A stretch of 64,000 nt of DNA from the human T2T-CHM13v2.0 reference genome, Homo sapiens: the NCBI RefSeq assembly GCF_009914755.1, contig NC_060925.1; one strand, written 5' to 3'. The position numbers and the translations under genes were made by a program. Under the pieces are notes generated by a model that was given only the letters and a program-made list of their open reading frames with translations, ran no database searches and was not told the origin of the DNA. Shown here one piece after another: positions 1 through 14,450 of this stretch (position 1 is its first letter; each line of letters starts with the position of its first letter).

Positions 1-759
1 ATGCATCATATTTTCAATGCAAAAATTCATGTATTCATCCAATATTTATGAAGTGCCTAAGAAGAATTAGGCATATTATTAATAAACTGTCATGTGAAAT
101 GAAAAACATCTTTGCAAGAAAGAAAAATTCCTGAGAAAAGGAAAAATGAAGCTGAAAAAAACGGCCATTCAAATTTTTGAGGAAAAAAAAATATTTTCTA
201 TTGGTTCTTCTGCTGACCTCAGAAAGTCAGATCTGATTGGTACCAGAAGTCTACCCTCTACTCTTCATTCACTCAAGATTGCTTAATTAATCGCTATACC
301 TCCTGTTTCTTTAAATGATTATGTTTGCTTTTTCTTTAAATAGTTTTAAGAGAACTTTTTTTTGAAACTCCCTTTAAAAGACGTTGTTATGAATCAGGTA
401 ATTTTTATAACACTCAAATTAGGTGTAAATTGCTCCACTACATAACAGCAAAGTGTTAAGCAGTGTCAATGGCAACAATGAATAAGATTTTCATTTAATA
501 TAACATTAAACAACCTAACACTAAACAATTCATTTAATCTAACAGTAACATTTTGTAACTCTGAAGAAACCAAGAAGATAGAAAAAGGTAAAAATACTGG
601 ATCAAATCTTTTTTTAAAAACATACTGTTATAATTATTTTATAACAATATATTATCATAATCTACAACATACAACATAACATATTCTACAACTCTAATAC
701 TAAAAACTCTAAGAATCAAAAGATTGCTAATAAATATTTTGTAGTATCAAAAGTTACTA

Positions 760-1020
760 ACACTAAATGCAATGTGGTATCCTGCATTGGACTCTGAAAC
801 AAAAACAAGGACATTAGTGGAAAAACTGGGAAAATCTAAATAACGTCTGCAGTTTAATTAGTATTGTACCAATGTGAACATCTGAGTGTTCCTGTGGTTA
901 TATCAATATTAACATTAAAGAAAGTTGGATGTAGGGTATATGAGAACTCTTTTACTATATTTGCTTTTCTATAAACCTAAAATTATTCTAAAATAAAAAG
1001 CCTAAAATAAAAAGTTACTA
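760..1020 (+). mobile_element. Old L1M (L1MC/ME-like) 3' end fragment
   Basis: actaaatgcaatgtggtatcctg...ggacattagtggaaaaactgg...aaacctaaaattattctaaaataaaa resembles the L1M 3' UTR. Confidence 0.7.
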
Positions 1021-2039
1021 ACAAAAAACTTAATTCAGAAATTGTCAAAGCATTTTTAAAAACCCAAATAATTCTAATAAACCCCCTTGTAAATTCTACA
1101 TAAAATTACTAATAAAGTTAAATAATTACTGCAGTTAGTAATTGTTAGATATAAAACATAAATACACTATATAAATTAATCCATATTTATGCCAAGTCAT
1201 TCCTTTAACAAATAATTAGTTGCATTGTGCTAAGCAGTTTTTATACAAGTTTAAGAAATATTACTAGTTTAAATTATAGGTGTTTAATCTGTTTTAATAT
1301 ATTGTTGCTCACATTTATGATTTGATACTGAGTCTGTAGAACACAATTCTGAAATGAAACATTCTTTCATTATGTAAACGAGTCTCTGGGAACATGTGGG
1401 TGGATAGTAGAAATTTTATTTATTTTAAATTTTCCTTTCAGCTCTCAACTCCAAATGGACTCTTTTAAATCAACTGCTACCTTTTACCACCAATTTTTAT
1501 AAGAAAATCTGATGGCTTCCTCCTTTGCCATTCATTTTATCTACCTATGCCTTTTACTTATTTCCCATCTGATCATTTGGAAAGACAAGAAGACACTGAA
1601 GGAATGGTTGAGAAGAGTATATATTTTGACTTTTAAACTCTAGAACAAATGAGGGAAGTATCAAGGAGGATGTACACACAGCAAAAATAGAAAAGGAGTA
1701 ATTTCTTCCTTTAATGAAAAGCAAGCTAAAATGACAGGAGTTTTCCAAAACATGTAAGAGGGAAAAGAATAACAATGCAATATGAATTAACTATGTGGAG
1801 TAGATATTATATATTAGTACCTTCGATTTAATACAGCTAAAGTCTTTCAGATGGTATAGCCTGCAGTGGAATCTTATTCCTTTGGTGGTAAAATGGAAAA
1901 AAAAAAAGAGATGGATACACTTTGGAGTTAAATTGACTTACACTCAAATTCTAATTTTGTTACTTGTTAGTTGTGTTACTTTTGACAAATTTTCTTTTCT
2001 CTGTCTCTTTCTTTCTTCCTTTCTCTCTCTTTCTTTTTC

Positions 2040-2342
2040 TTTCCTCTCTCTCTCTTTTTTTGAGACAGGGTCTCCTGTCATCCACGCTGGAGTGCAGTGG
2101 CTCAATCATGGCTCACTAAAGCCTCAGCCTCCCTGACTCAGGCAACTTCCCTGCCTCAGCCTTCTGAGTAGCTGAGACTTACAGGCACGTGCCACCACAC
2201 CTGGATAATTTTTGTATTCTTTGTAGAGACAGGTTTTTTGCCATGTTTTCCAGGCTGGTCTCGAACTCCTGGGCTCAAAAAATCCACCCACCTTGGCTTC
2301 CCAAAGTGACAGAATTACAGGCACGAACTACCACACCTAGCT
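2040..2342 (-). mobile_element. Alu (J-like)
   Basis: Antisense dimer with a CT-rich tail at ~1990-2060. Confidence 0.92.
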
Positions 2343-2459
2343 CCAAATTTCCTTTTTATCAGCTTTACTTTCTTATTGTATTAGGGGATATTACATTGCC
2401 ATATGTAATGCTCAAAGATAAATGTCTATTGTTTTTATTATTCTTAATAATACGACTAG

Positions 2460-2766
<307 letters not shown>

Positions 2767-3201
2767 CTAAAATAATATTTGTATTGCTTTACAGTTATCT
2801 CTATTTAAGGTAAGTGAAACAATGGAATTAAAATTTTGCCAGGAAGTGTGGCCATTCTGAAAAGTAGAGAAGACAGACCTTCAGTGAATTACCTGGACAT
2901 TTGGAAGGCAGAAGGGCCGCAGGTAATATAAGGAAGGAAATGGAAATGGGTATAGAAAAGAGAATTGGTATATGCTAAAGACAACTTTCCTCTATTCTGC
3001 TATGCTGTAAAGCCTCTGAATAACAAAGTAATCTTCATTGCACCTTTCCCAAACTCTTCCTAAATTAAAACTTAAAGTTGATTTCATAATACAGGAAAAC
3101 CAAATTTACAGTGACAAATTTAGCTATCTTATTGAAATGCACATTTCTGATAATCTAATCACAAAATCAGCTGTCCATGTTCCCACAGTTTCAATCATCT
3201 A

Positions 3202-3456
<255 letters not shown>

Positions 3457-3740
3457 TTATCAAAGACATTTCTTGCTAACCAATGACACTGGACTCATAA
3501 AAATCAAATATAGTTACTAACTTTAAGTACTTATCAAAATTCATATCCAAAAATATGTACTCATTAAAATAATAGTAATCTAAAGTAACCACATTGGGGT
3601 TTCAAAGAAAAATAACAAAGAAATAAAGGCTTTTAGCCAAACATAAATAATTTGTGATGTTTTGATTGCATGCTTATAATCAACTCTTGATTTGACATGC
3701 AATGTGATAGGACATACTAGACACTTAATTTGTTATACTG

Positions 3741-4094
3741 TGATATGCTTTGGTTGTGTCCCCACACAAATTTCATCTTGAATTGTACTCCCATAATTCC
3801 CACATGTTGTGTGAGGAACCTGGTGGGAGATAGTATGAATCATGGGAGCGGTTTCCCCCATACTGTTCTCGTGGTAGTGAATAAGTCTCATGAGTCCTGA
3901 TGGTTTTATCAGGGGTTTCCAATTTTGCATCTTCCTCATTTTTCTCCTGCTGCTGCCATGTAAGAAGTGCCTTTTGCCTCCCACCATGATTCTGAGGCAT
4001 CCCCAGCCATGTGGAACTGTAAGTCCAATTAAACCTCTTTTTCTTCCCAGTCTCGGGTATGTCTTTATCAGCAGCATGAAAACGGACTAATACA
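3741..4094 (+). mobile_element. THE1 (THE1A-like) MaLR solo LTR
   Basis: TGATATG...GGACTAATACA termini; 354 bp; 5-bp TSD tactg/tacta; ATTAAA signal. Confidence 0.92.
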
Positions 4095-5753
4095 TACTAT
4101 AACTGACTTTCAGAATTTTGACAAAACTATATGCACACATATACCACAATGGAGTTACATCTTATATGTTCGGTTTTAAGGCAAAAATAGCTATTTCTGT
4201 TTGAGGACCTAGGATGTCAAGTTGAATGTAATATGGAATTCCACTCTTCTTCATACTTGGTCTTTTCAGTTAAGCCCTTCTGTAGAGATATTCAGTGTAA
4301 TGGTTTAGAAGTCCCAAATCATGGAGGATGATAGACTTCATGATAATTAAGAGATGACTGAACTAGTTCCCAGGTTTATCACAACTTAAATACTCACTTA
4401 CGAATTCCATGCTATTTTCATGCCATATACAGTTACTTTACAAATAACAGGGGGAAAATGGGAAATACAAGGTGCTTACAATAACCCTAAATTACAGTAA
4501 AATAAAACTAGTTGGGACAAAAAAAGTCAAATGATGTCTTCTAAAACAAGAACCAATAATATTGTTAAGTCGGTTACTGTTATTGGTTACCTAGCTGAAA
4601 TCTTTGCACACTTGATAGGGATCTAACTGGGGAGAGAGATAATTTTAGCTATAGATTTCCTCCATCTCCTTTTCTTAGCTAATTACTCCATCCTAAGATT
4701 CATACTTTTTTTAAACTTCTTCACTGAGAACACACCTACATACTCTTAAGTATAGAATCTAAAGCTTAAGCCATGTCACTCAACACTTACTGCTTCCTCT
4801 CTTCCTCTCAACAATCCCCACTCTTGTCTTTACAGGCCACGTCTATGCCTTTGACTTGTAAGGGGAAGATACTGTGATGGAGTTCTAAATAATTAGCACC
4901 TTTTTATGTATATATATTTTCATTGGCCAATGGTAATTTTATGTTTTCCACCAAATAAGGAGTGTTACTGGGAGGGACTATTTTCCCTCAAACCAGTTAG
5001 CTTATCTCCAGAAAACAAACTTGACTATATTACATTACATAGATCTGTAACCGTATCTATTTTATAAGCCACAGTTTTTCAAACTATGCTTTAAGTTCCT
5101 GAACCATTTTTTTCTACTCCAAAATAAGACCTCTTTAAATCTCCTTTCCCATAGCCTATGTCTATATAACAAACAAAGGCAAAGTTATTCTTTCTTAAAA
5201 GTCTGGGTATGTATCAGAGAGCAAACAGAGTTAGCTACAATCTTTGCCACTGAACATCCCATGTACCAGTATGTCCATGACAGTTACAAAAATATATCCG
5301 TAGAATCCCAGGAGTCCTTGGAGAAGTTTAAAAACGACTACTAATAAAAACTATGAAGTATTTCATTTATGAAAGAATTGTTTTACATTTCTTCCTTATT
5401 GTTTAGATATTTTTAGAATATCAAGGTAACTTAAAAGTTGAGACATCAACAAAGAGGTTTACTACAATAACAAACCACTAAGAATTGTTTTATAAAAAAA
5501 AAAAAATTTAAGCATTTAAAAAAAATCAACTAGCCTTGCATTTATAAAATCAGAAATGATGGGGGTAATGCTAAAACAAAGAAAAAAACATACAAACTAA
5601 GAATTAAAGCTTTAAAAAACTTAAAATTCTTATTCTGCTTTAACTACTTTCTGAGATAATTCAAAGATATTTTTAATGTTGAGAAAATTTAAAGAATATT
5701 AGATTTAAACCATTATAAGGGCAATAATATAAGTAAATAAGCTTAATTTTTAC

Positions 5754-5827
5754 CTGACATTAAGTTTCTGAAGATTTTCTAGCTCTCTTATAGCAGAAGG
5801 AAGGGATGTCAACTGATTATCATGTAT
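5754..5827 (-). CDS. LRRC40: LRRC40 coding exon 3 ([25 protein letters not shown])
   Basis: Not in the ORF track. Acceptor ttttag, donor CAG|GTAAAA; 74 nt; in frame with both neighbours; LRR pattern. Confidence 0.96.
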
Positions 5828-6031
5828 CTAAAAGTTTTTAAAAGACAAAGTCAATATTCTTAGTCTTATCATTAACAATATATAAGCTTTGCCAGTGTAC
5901 AAAACTATTAGTCAGTAATCTCCTGTTCCTCAAATTCAATGGCAACAAGTTGAACTACTGTTCAACATACTTGTTCTGTATGTAGAACAGTTTGAAGATG
6001 ACCAAACGGCTGTTCAGAAATCATGAAGTAA

Positions 6032-6326
6032 GGCCAGGTGCAGTGGCTCACACCTGTAATCCCAGCACTTTGGGAGGCCGAAGAAGGCAAATCGCTTGTA
6101 CCCAGGAGTTTGAGACTAGCCTAGGCAAATTAGTGAGACCTTGTCTCTACAAAAAAAAAAAAAATTCTTATTAGTCAGGCGTAGTGGCGCACACCTGTAG
6201 CCCCATCTACTCAGAAGGCTGAGGTGGGAAGATCGCTTGAGCCTAGGAGGTCAAGGCTGCAGTGAGCCCACATTGTGCCACTGCACTCCAGCCTGGGCTA
6301 CAGAGTGAGACCCTGTCTCAAAAAAT
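6032..6326 (+). mobile_element. Alu (J-like)
   Basis: Dimer; TSD gaaatcatgaagt/gaagtcatgaagt. Confidence 0.94.
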
Positions 6327-6327
6327 G

Positions 6328-6386
6328 GAAGAGAAGAGAAGAGAAGAGAAGAGAAGAGAAGAGAAGAGAAGAGAAGAGAAGAGAAG
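6328..6386. repeat. (GAAGA)~12 pentanucleotide microsatellite in an Alu tail
   Basis: Read directly; uninterrupted. Confidence 0.97.
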
Positions 6387-6942
6387 TCATGAAGTGTTAA
6401 GTCAACCACTTTAAATATTATACTAAGAAAAATTTCAACTCATTAGTAGAGTTTCAATTTCAAAGAAGAGATGAGGGGGTTAGAAACTAAAAACAGCTCT
6501 CTGATGATATGATTTATGTCAATATATACAAAAATTATATGAGAAAAGAGAAAGGGACTTTTCTCATGTTCTCACAGAATCAGTTTTTAAGGTAGAAAGA
6601 ACCTTAGAGTAAGCCAATCCATTCATTTTACAAATGAAGAAAATAAAAAGTTCCCTAAAAATTGATCTATTTAGATTCTACTTTTCAACACATGAATTGG
6701 AGGACTTTTTATGTTGATAAGTAAAGTATACCAGATTGTGAAGCCCGCAGATTATGAAATATACTCCTTGTGCTTCACTTTACCACAGGACATGGCAACA
6801 AAGGACTAAAAAGAATCCCTGAATAAAAACACAAAAAAATTAAGTTCAATAATTTAACTCAATGAGGTTGAAGGCAAGTAATACATATACATATAGACTT
6901 GCTTTAATATCTAGAATAATAATGATAAAAATTGTAACAATA

Positions 6943-7222
6943 GGCCAGGTGCAGTAGCTCACGCCTGTAATCCCAGCACTTGGGAGGCTGAGGCAGGAGG
7001 AGAGTTTGAGGACAGGAGTTCAAGACCAGTCTGGGAAACATAGTGAGACCCTCATCTCTACACACACAAAAAAAAATAGCCGGGTGTGGTGGCATGCACC
7101 TATAGTCCCAGCTACTTGGGAGACTGAGGCAGGAGAATTGCTGGAGTCCATAAGTTCAAGGCTGCAGTGAGCCATGATCACGCCACTATTTTGCCTGTGC
7201 AAAATAGTAATAAGAAAAAAAA
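6943..7222 (+). mobile_element. Alu (J-like)
   Basis: Dimer with a degraded 3' end. Confidence 0.92.
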
Positions 7223-7299
7223 GATGAGCAGAAATAACCACTTGTTGAATATTGATTCTGTCTGTATTCATTAACTTATTTAATTCTACAAACAAAATT

Positions 7300-7450
7300 T
7301 TTAAATAGGTAGTAGTATCAGTCTTGGTTTACAGATGTGGAGACTAAGGCACAGAGAGGTAACTCTCCCCAGGTCACACAGCCATTAATAGCAGAAGTCA
7401 GAATTAGAAACTTGGTGTTCTGATCCTGCACTTTTAACCATTATGCTATG
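7300..7450 (-). mobile_element. MIR
   Basis: tttacagatgtggagactaaggcacagagaggtaac...ccaggtcacacagc core. Confidence 0.8.
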
Positions 7451-7574
7451 CCTAGAATGATAATTTACTATCTGTCCTTGCATTACCAACTCAACATGAA
7501 AGGTTTTCTGCTACCAAAGCCTAAATTTAGCTTTAGAGTCTCTTCAATTAATAATCCATATTTATAGTCAGTCA

Positions 7575-7829
<255 letters not shown>

Positions 7830-8194
7830 CTAAGTGACATGCTTTTATAATAGCCATTCCATTTATCTATTGAAAAACATTTTCTAAAACAAAAAATAAG
7901 TTAAATAGCAATAAATATAACTAGAGTGAAAGTTGATTTTATTTAAAAAGGCTATATATCAATAATATGTCCTCTACACATTAGCTCTCACTTTAACCTT
8001 CATTCAACTATATTTACTAGGTTTACATACACTGATTAGCACATACACTGCACAGCACATTGTGGTAAATATGTACAACAAAGAATGCATTCTACCATCA
8101 GGCTAACAGATTAATAGAGAAGGCATGGAAATCAACATGTATATGTAATAACTTTTATAACAGAAGTATATACTAAGGCTCAGAAAGAACTAGT

Positions 8195-8400
8195 AATAAT
8201 GGCTAACACTTATAAATACTTCTAACATACTAATTCACTTAAACCTTGGAACAATTCTGCAAAGTAGGTGTTATTATTCCCATTGGATGGATGAGAAAAA
8301 TAGAGCACAAAGAAAATGTATAATTTGGCCAGGGTTACAAAGCTAGACAAGTACCACAGATGTGATTCAATGCCTGGCAGTGCTATACTGTCTTGCTTTC
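8195..8400 (-). mobile_element. MIR
   Basis: gtaggtgttattattcccatt...gatgagaaaaatagagcac...ttggccagggttaca core. Confidence 0.7.
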
Positions 8401-8887
8401 TATTAACATTTGGGAGAAATATCTGACTTTGGTAGCTACTCTTTATTTTATCTGACATACAATTTTATTTCTTATGGCACCATGCAACACTGTGTTATGC
8501 TATTGCAGCAAGTGATGACACCTGTATAGAAAATAAGACTGTACAAATTGAGCAGGGATAACTTGAAGCTCCAGAAGGTAGAATGCTGTAGTGTTGTAGC
8601 AAAACTATTTTCAATAGAGTCCTTCACTGCTCGGTAAAAGTAGAACTACATTTAGGGATGATGTAGAACTTCAAGCTGGTATTAATCAAGGCAAAAATTG
8701 GTTATACCTTGCTGCCACAGATTATCATTTCAAAACCATCAGAGACTAAATGAAAAGGTATAGTCAAAGTTTCAGATTCAGGACACTTAAGTGCAGTTTT
8801 GGATGATTAATCAGATAAAATGGGGTTACAGAAGCAAAGCCAAGCCCCTGAAAGGCATGAGACTTATACTCACTGAAAAAATGAGCT

Positions 8888-9163
8888 AGCCAGTTGTAGT
8901 GCCTCAGGGCTATAATCCCTGCACTTTGGGAGGCTAAGGTGGGAGGATCACTTGAGGCCATGAGTTTGAGACCAGCCTAGGCATCAAAGAAAAACCATAT
9001 CTCTTAAAAAAAAAAATCAGCTGGTGTGATGGCACACACCTGTAGTCCTACTACTTGGGAGCCTGAGGCAGGAGGATTGCCGGAGCACAGAACTTTGAAG
9101 TTCAGTAAGTAACTGTGATCACGTCATAGAACTCCAGCCTGGGAAACAGAGTGAGACCCTGTC

Positions 9164-9214
<51 letters not shown>

Positions 9215-9236
9215 TAAAAAAAGAAAAAGAAAAAAA
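8888..9236 (+). mobile_element. Diverged Alu with an A46 run (9167-9212)
   Basis: Dimer plus long homopolymer tail. Confidence 0.92.
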
Positions 9237-10401
9237 CTGAGCTATCTACATTCATACTAAAATAAATTATAAGGTCCCTCTCTTACTCCTTATGTCTGAT
9301 TATGTATTCTCTGCTTCTCTACTCTTCTACCACTGATTCTCCATTAGGTATTAACAACACAGAATATCAATCCACCTGTGTTTCTGTTGGTGGATGGAGG
9401 TTTACTTTTAAAGTGAAGCAAAATAAAATAATTTTACCATTCTTGACTGATTTGAGAGCCAAAGCACCATACAATTTATCATCATCATTGTTATTTTGGT
9501 ATGTAGGTATGGATAATTAGTTAAGTAGGAAAGAGAAAAGGAGATCAGCCAAGCAACTGGCATGTGAATTTACTGACAAAAAAGCAGCCAACAGAAATGT
9601 GGTCACATATATATTTTACTAAAAATAAATGTGACTCTTGAAAAAAAAAAACTACAATGTGCCATATAGTATGAGTCACAAACAAAAAGCTCCAGATTTA
9701 AAAAGGCAAGATAAAACAATACAAAACACTAAGAAAGTATGTAGAAAAAGCTATGTGAGATGCACCATTCTACTCCTAAAGATGAGACATAGAACATTTG
9801 TGCATGCATTTTTTTCTAACATCTATACATAGGTATATTAAGGCCATTATACCTAAAAAGCAGTGTAATAACAAATGTCTTTTTTTGGATGGAGAAAGGT
9901 GGGGATAACAAGAAATTTATACACAACATAATAAAAATACCTGTTACCCATCAACTATACTGAGTATTAATGTTTTATTATTATTACTCAGATATTTTTA
10001 TTAACAAACTTGTCTTTATGGGAACCATCAAGGGGCAGATACATGTTGATACTGTACTATTATTGAACATGTATCAATTTGCTTTTCCATAAACAATTAC
10101 TTACTACTCATTCTTTTCCCCACTAATCATTTTTGAGGTATCCCAATTTCTTCCAGAGCTTACAGCATCAAGATTCATGTCACTGTTGCAACTGTCCCAT
10201 AAGAACCACTAAAAAGCATATATAGTCTTAATTATTAAGAAATTCTGTGGAGCTATCCTACAAGTAGTTTATCAATATCCAAAATAGAAACTACCCACAT
10301 AAAAATGAATGTCAATAGCATATAAATATCAAAAAAATTACTATGGAGTTGGATATTATAAAAAATTTCAAACATATACATAAATTTAAAGAGTAGCATA
10401 A

Positions 10402-11498
10402 TGAAATCAGGTGGTGTGATGCCTCCAGCTTTGTTCTTTTTGCTTAGAATTGCCTTGGCTCTTTGGACTCTTTTTTGGTTCCACATGAATTTTAAAATAG
10501 TTTTTTTCTAGTCCTGTGAAGAATGTCATTGGTAGTTTGGTAGGAATAGCACTGAATCTGTAAGTTGCTTTGGGGAGTATGACCATTTTAATGATATTGA
10601 TTATTCCTATCCATGAGCATAGGCTGTTTTTCCATTTGTTTGTGTCATCTCTGATTTCTTTGAGCAGTGTTTTGTAATTCTCATTGTAGAGATCTTTCAC
10701 CTCCCTGGTTAGCTGTATTCTAGGTATTTTATTCTTTTTGCAGCATCTGTGAATGAGATTGTCTTCCTGATTTGGCCCTCTGCTTGGCTGTTGTTGGTTT
10801 ATAGGAATGCTAGTGATTTTTGTACATTGATTTTGTATCCTGAAACTTTGCTGAAAAGGGAACCCTTAAACACTGTTGGTAGGAGTGTAAATCAGTTCAA
10901 CCAGTTTAGACAGCAGGATGGCGATTCCTCAAAGAGGTAAAAACAGAACTACCATTTGACCCAGCAATCTTATCATTGGGTACATACCCAAAAGAATATA
11001 AGTCATTCTACCATAAGGACACATGCATGCAAATATTCATTGTAGCACTATTCACAATTGCAAAAACATGGAATCAACATAAATGCCCATCACTGACAGA
11101 CTGGTTAAAGAAAATGTGGTACATATACATCATGGAATACTATGCAGCCATGAAAAAGAACAAGATCATGCCTTTTTCAGGAACATGGATGGAGCTGGAG
11201 GCTATTATCCTTAGCAAACTAACACAGAAGAAAACAAAATACTGTATGTTCTCACTTATAAGTGGGAGCTAAATGATGAGAACTCATGAACACAAAGAAA
11301 GGAACAACAGACACTGGGGTCCTCTTGAGGGTGGAAGGTGGGAGGAGGGAGAGGATCAGAAAAAAATAACTAATGGGTATGAGGCTTAGTACCTGGGTGA
11401 CAAAGTAATCTGTATAACGAACCCCTCTGACACAAGTTCATCTATATAACAAACCTACACACGTACCCTTGAACCTAAAATAAATGTTTAAAAAAAAA
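10402..11498 (+). mobile_element. 5'-inverted, truncated primate L1 (L1PA13-16-like)
   Basis: 10402-10854 is ORF2 on the minus strand ([15 protein letters not shown]...GGITPPDF); 10855-11498 is the ORF2 end (...CMFSLISGS*), 3' UTR and poly(A) on the plus strand. Confidence 0.93.
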
Positions 11499-13035
11499 CA
11501 GTATAATGGAATAAAACTCAATGTATCCATTGTCTAGTTTTAATAATTATCAGCACATGTCTAGTGTTGCTTCATCTATAACCCCATCCCACAATGATCT
11601 AAGCTACAATCTTAGGAACCCAGAAAAAAGAATTAATTAAATCCAAAGAAAGCAGAAGCAAGGAAATAAAAGGTGGAAATCAATGAGAGAGAAACAAACA
11701 GAGAAAAAGCAATAAAAAATACTTATTTAAAAAGACTAATAAATTGATAAACCCTTAGCTAGACAGATGAAGAAAAAAAAGAAACAAATTATCAAAATCA
11801 GGAATCAAAGTGAGAATGTCATAGATCCCACAGATGTTAAAAGGATAAGGGTATATTATGAACAACTTTATGCCAACAAATCCAACAACTTGGATGAAAT
11901 GGATAAATCCCTAGAATAGAAAAAAAAAAAGTACAACCACAATAGAAAGTAGCCTTGCATCTATTAAAGAAATTGAATTAGCTACTTAAAAGTCCCCACA
12001 AAGAAAATTCCAGGCAGACATTTTCACTGGTGAATTCTACCAGACATTTAGAGTAAAAATAATACTAATTCTACATAAACTCTTTCAAAACATAGAGAAA
12101 AGAACAGTTCCCAATTCATCTTATAAGGCCAGTCTTACTCTGATGCCAAAAGCAGATAAATACATTAAAAGAGAAAATAAAACAAAAACTACAGGCCAAT
12201 GTATCTAATGATTATAGACCCAAATTCCTGAACAAATTTTGCAACTCTATATAAAAAGGATAACATATCATGATCCAGTGCGAGTTATCTTAGGACTGCA
12301 AGGCTGGTTTAACATTTGAAAATTAATCAATAAAAGCTACCATATTAACAGAAAAATGAGAAATACTATGTGATTGTTGAGATACAAAAAAAGCATCTGA
12401 CAAAATTCAACAATAAAAACTCAGAAAACTAGGAATCAAAGGGAACTCCTTCAACCTTACAAAGGGCATCTGTGAAAAACCTAAAACTAACACCATACTT
12501 AATGGTGGAAGACGCAGTGCTTTCTCTTTAAAAGAGTATACAAGGCAAGGATGCCCATTCTCACTACTTTAATATTTTAATAGAGGTCTTGACCAATGCA
12601 GTAAGACAAAAAGAAGAAAAAGAAATAAATAAAAGAAACAAAAGGCATTCAGATTGGACAAGAAGTAAAACTGTCCCAATTAACAGACACTATGATCATC
12701 TATGTACAAAGTGCTAAGGAATCTACAAAAAAATTATATGCAATCAATGAGTTTAGAACAGTCACAAAATTCAAGCTCAATATAGAAAAATCAACTATGT
12801 TTCTATGTATTAGCAATCAAATAAAAAAATGTTTAAATGTTAAAAGATTTACAATACAAGACATCCGAAACCATGAAATAGTATTAAATGTACAAAATAT
12901 GTACAAGATCTGTATATGAAAATACAAAACATTGCTGTGAAAACTTGAAGGTCTAGATAATAAAGAAATGTAACATAAGACAGCTTGGAAGACTCCATAT
13001 TACAAAGATGTCGCTTCTCCCCAAGTGACTTATAG

Positions 13036-13315
13036 ATTCAGCACAATCCTAATAAAAATCCCAGAAAGCTTTTCTGTAGAAATTAACAAGCCAATTCTAA
13101 AATGTGTATTGAAATGCAAAAGAACTAAATTAGGTCAAAAAATTTTGAAATAAAAGAACAAAACAGGAGGCTTTATTCAGCACAATCCTAATAAAAATCC
13201 CAGAAAGCTTTTCTGTAGAAATTAACAAGCCAATTCTAAAATGTGTATTGAAATGCAAAAGAACTAAATTAGGTCAAACAATTTTGAAATAAAAGAACAA
13301 AACAGGAGGCTTTAT
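13036..13315. repeat. 139-bp tandem duplication (2 copies, 1 mismatch)
   Basis: Direct comparison of 13036-13174 with 13175-13313. Confidence 0.97.
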
Positions 13316-14154
13316 AGTATTTGATTCCAAGTCTGACCATGAAGCTACATTTGTCAAGATAGTGTAGTATTAGCATAAGGATAAACACATAGGTCAATGG
13401 AAAAAGAGTTCAGAAAAAATTCCATACAATAAAATATTGAAAATTGATTTTCAACAAAGGTGCCAATATAATTTAATAAAAAAGGAATCATGTTTTCAAC
13501 AAATGGTACTGGAATAACTATAAAATAAACTATAAAAATGAACCTCAACCTTTACCTTGTGACACACTCAAAAATTAACTCCAAATGGACCACGGACTTA
13601 TATGTAAATGATGAAACTAAAAAATTCTAAAAGAAACAGAGGAAAAAATTTTCACAGCCTTCAGATGGGCAAAAAATGTCTTGGGACAGAAAAAGTTCAT
13701 CATAAAAGAAAAACAATTGATAAACTAGATTTCATAAAAATTTATAACTTACATGTTTCTAAAGCTACCATTAATAAAATAAGCTAAACTGGGAGAAAAT
13801 ATTAGACAGATACTGATATAGATATCTGAGACGGAATTGTATCTCAAATATATACAAAGTCGTTACCCAAGAATAAAAACCCATTTAAAAAAAAAAAAAG
13901 ACAAAAGTTGGAACAAACACTTAACAGAAGATATATAAATGGCTAAAAGGCAGTAGAAAAGATGCTAAACATCATTAGTTTTAAAGGACATGCAAATTAA
14001 AACCACAAAAAAATATGCCAACACAGCCACAAGAATAGTTAATATTTAAAAGACTGAATACAAAGTGCTGGTAATGAGGTGGAGGAACTGAATCTCTCAT
14101 ATGTTGCTAGTGGGAAACAGTTTGGTGAATTCTTATAATGTTAAATAAATACTT

Positions 14155-14450
14155 TTTGGGTTTTTTTGAGACAGGGTCTCACTTTCTCACCCAAGCTGGA
14201 GAGCAGTGGCGCAGTCCTGGCTCACTGCAACCTCCGCCTCCCGGGTTCAAGGGATTCTCTGCCTCAGCCTCCCGAGCAGCAGCTGGACTTACAGGCATGT
14301 GCCACCATGCCTGGCTAATTTTTGTATTTTTAGTAGAGGCGGGGTTTCGCCATGTTGGCCAGGCTGGTCTCGAACTCCTGGCCTCAAGTGATCCACCTGC
14401 CTCGGCCTCCCAAAGTGCTGGGAGTACAGGCGTGAGCCACCACGCCAGGA
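14155..14450 (-). mobile_element. Alu (S-like)
   Basis: Antisense dimer inside the L1. Confidence 0.94.

Noticed and set aside
3998-4010. PRDM9 hotspot motif position in the THE1 LTR
   Set aside because: The sequence is CATCCCCAGCCAT, which misses CCNCCNTNNCCNC at three positions.
13036-13315. Direct repeats as a CRISPR-like array
   Set aside because: Only two abutting copies, no spacers, eukaryotic L1 context.
10253-13548. ORFs resembling reverse transcriptase ORF2p
   Set aside because: Fragmented, frameshifted L1 remnants; not a functional RT or a novel retroelement system.
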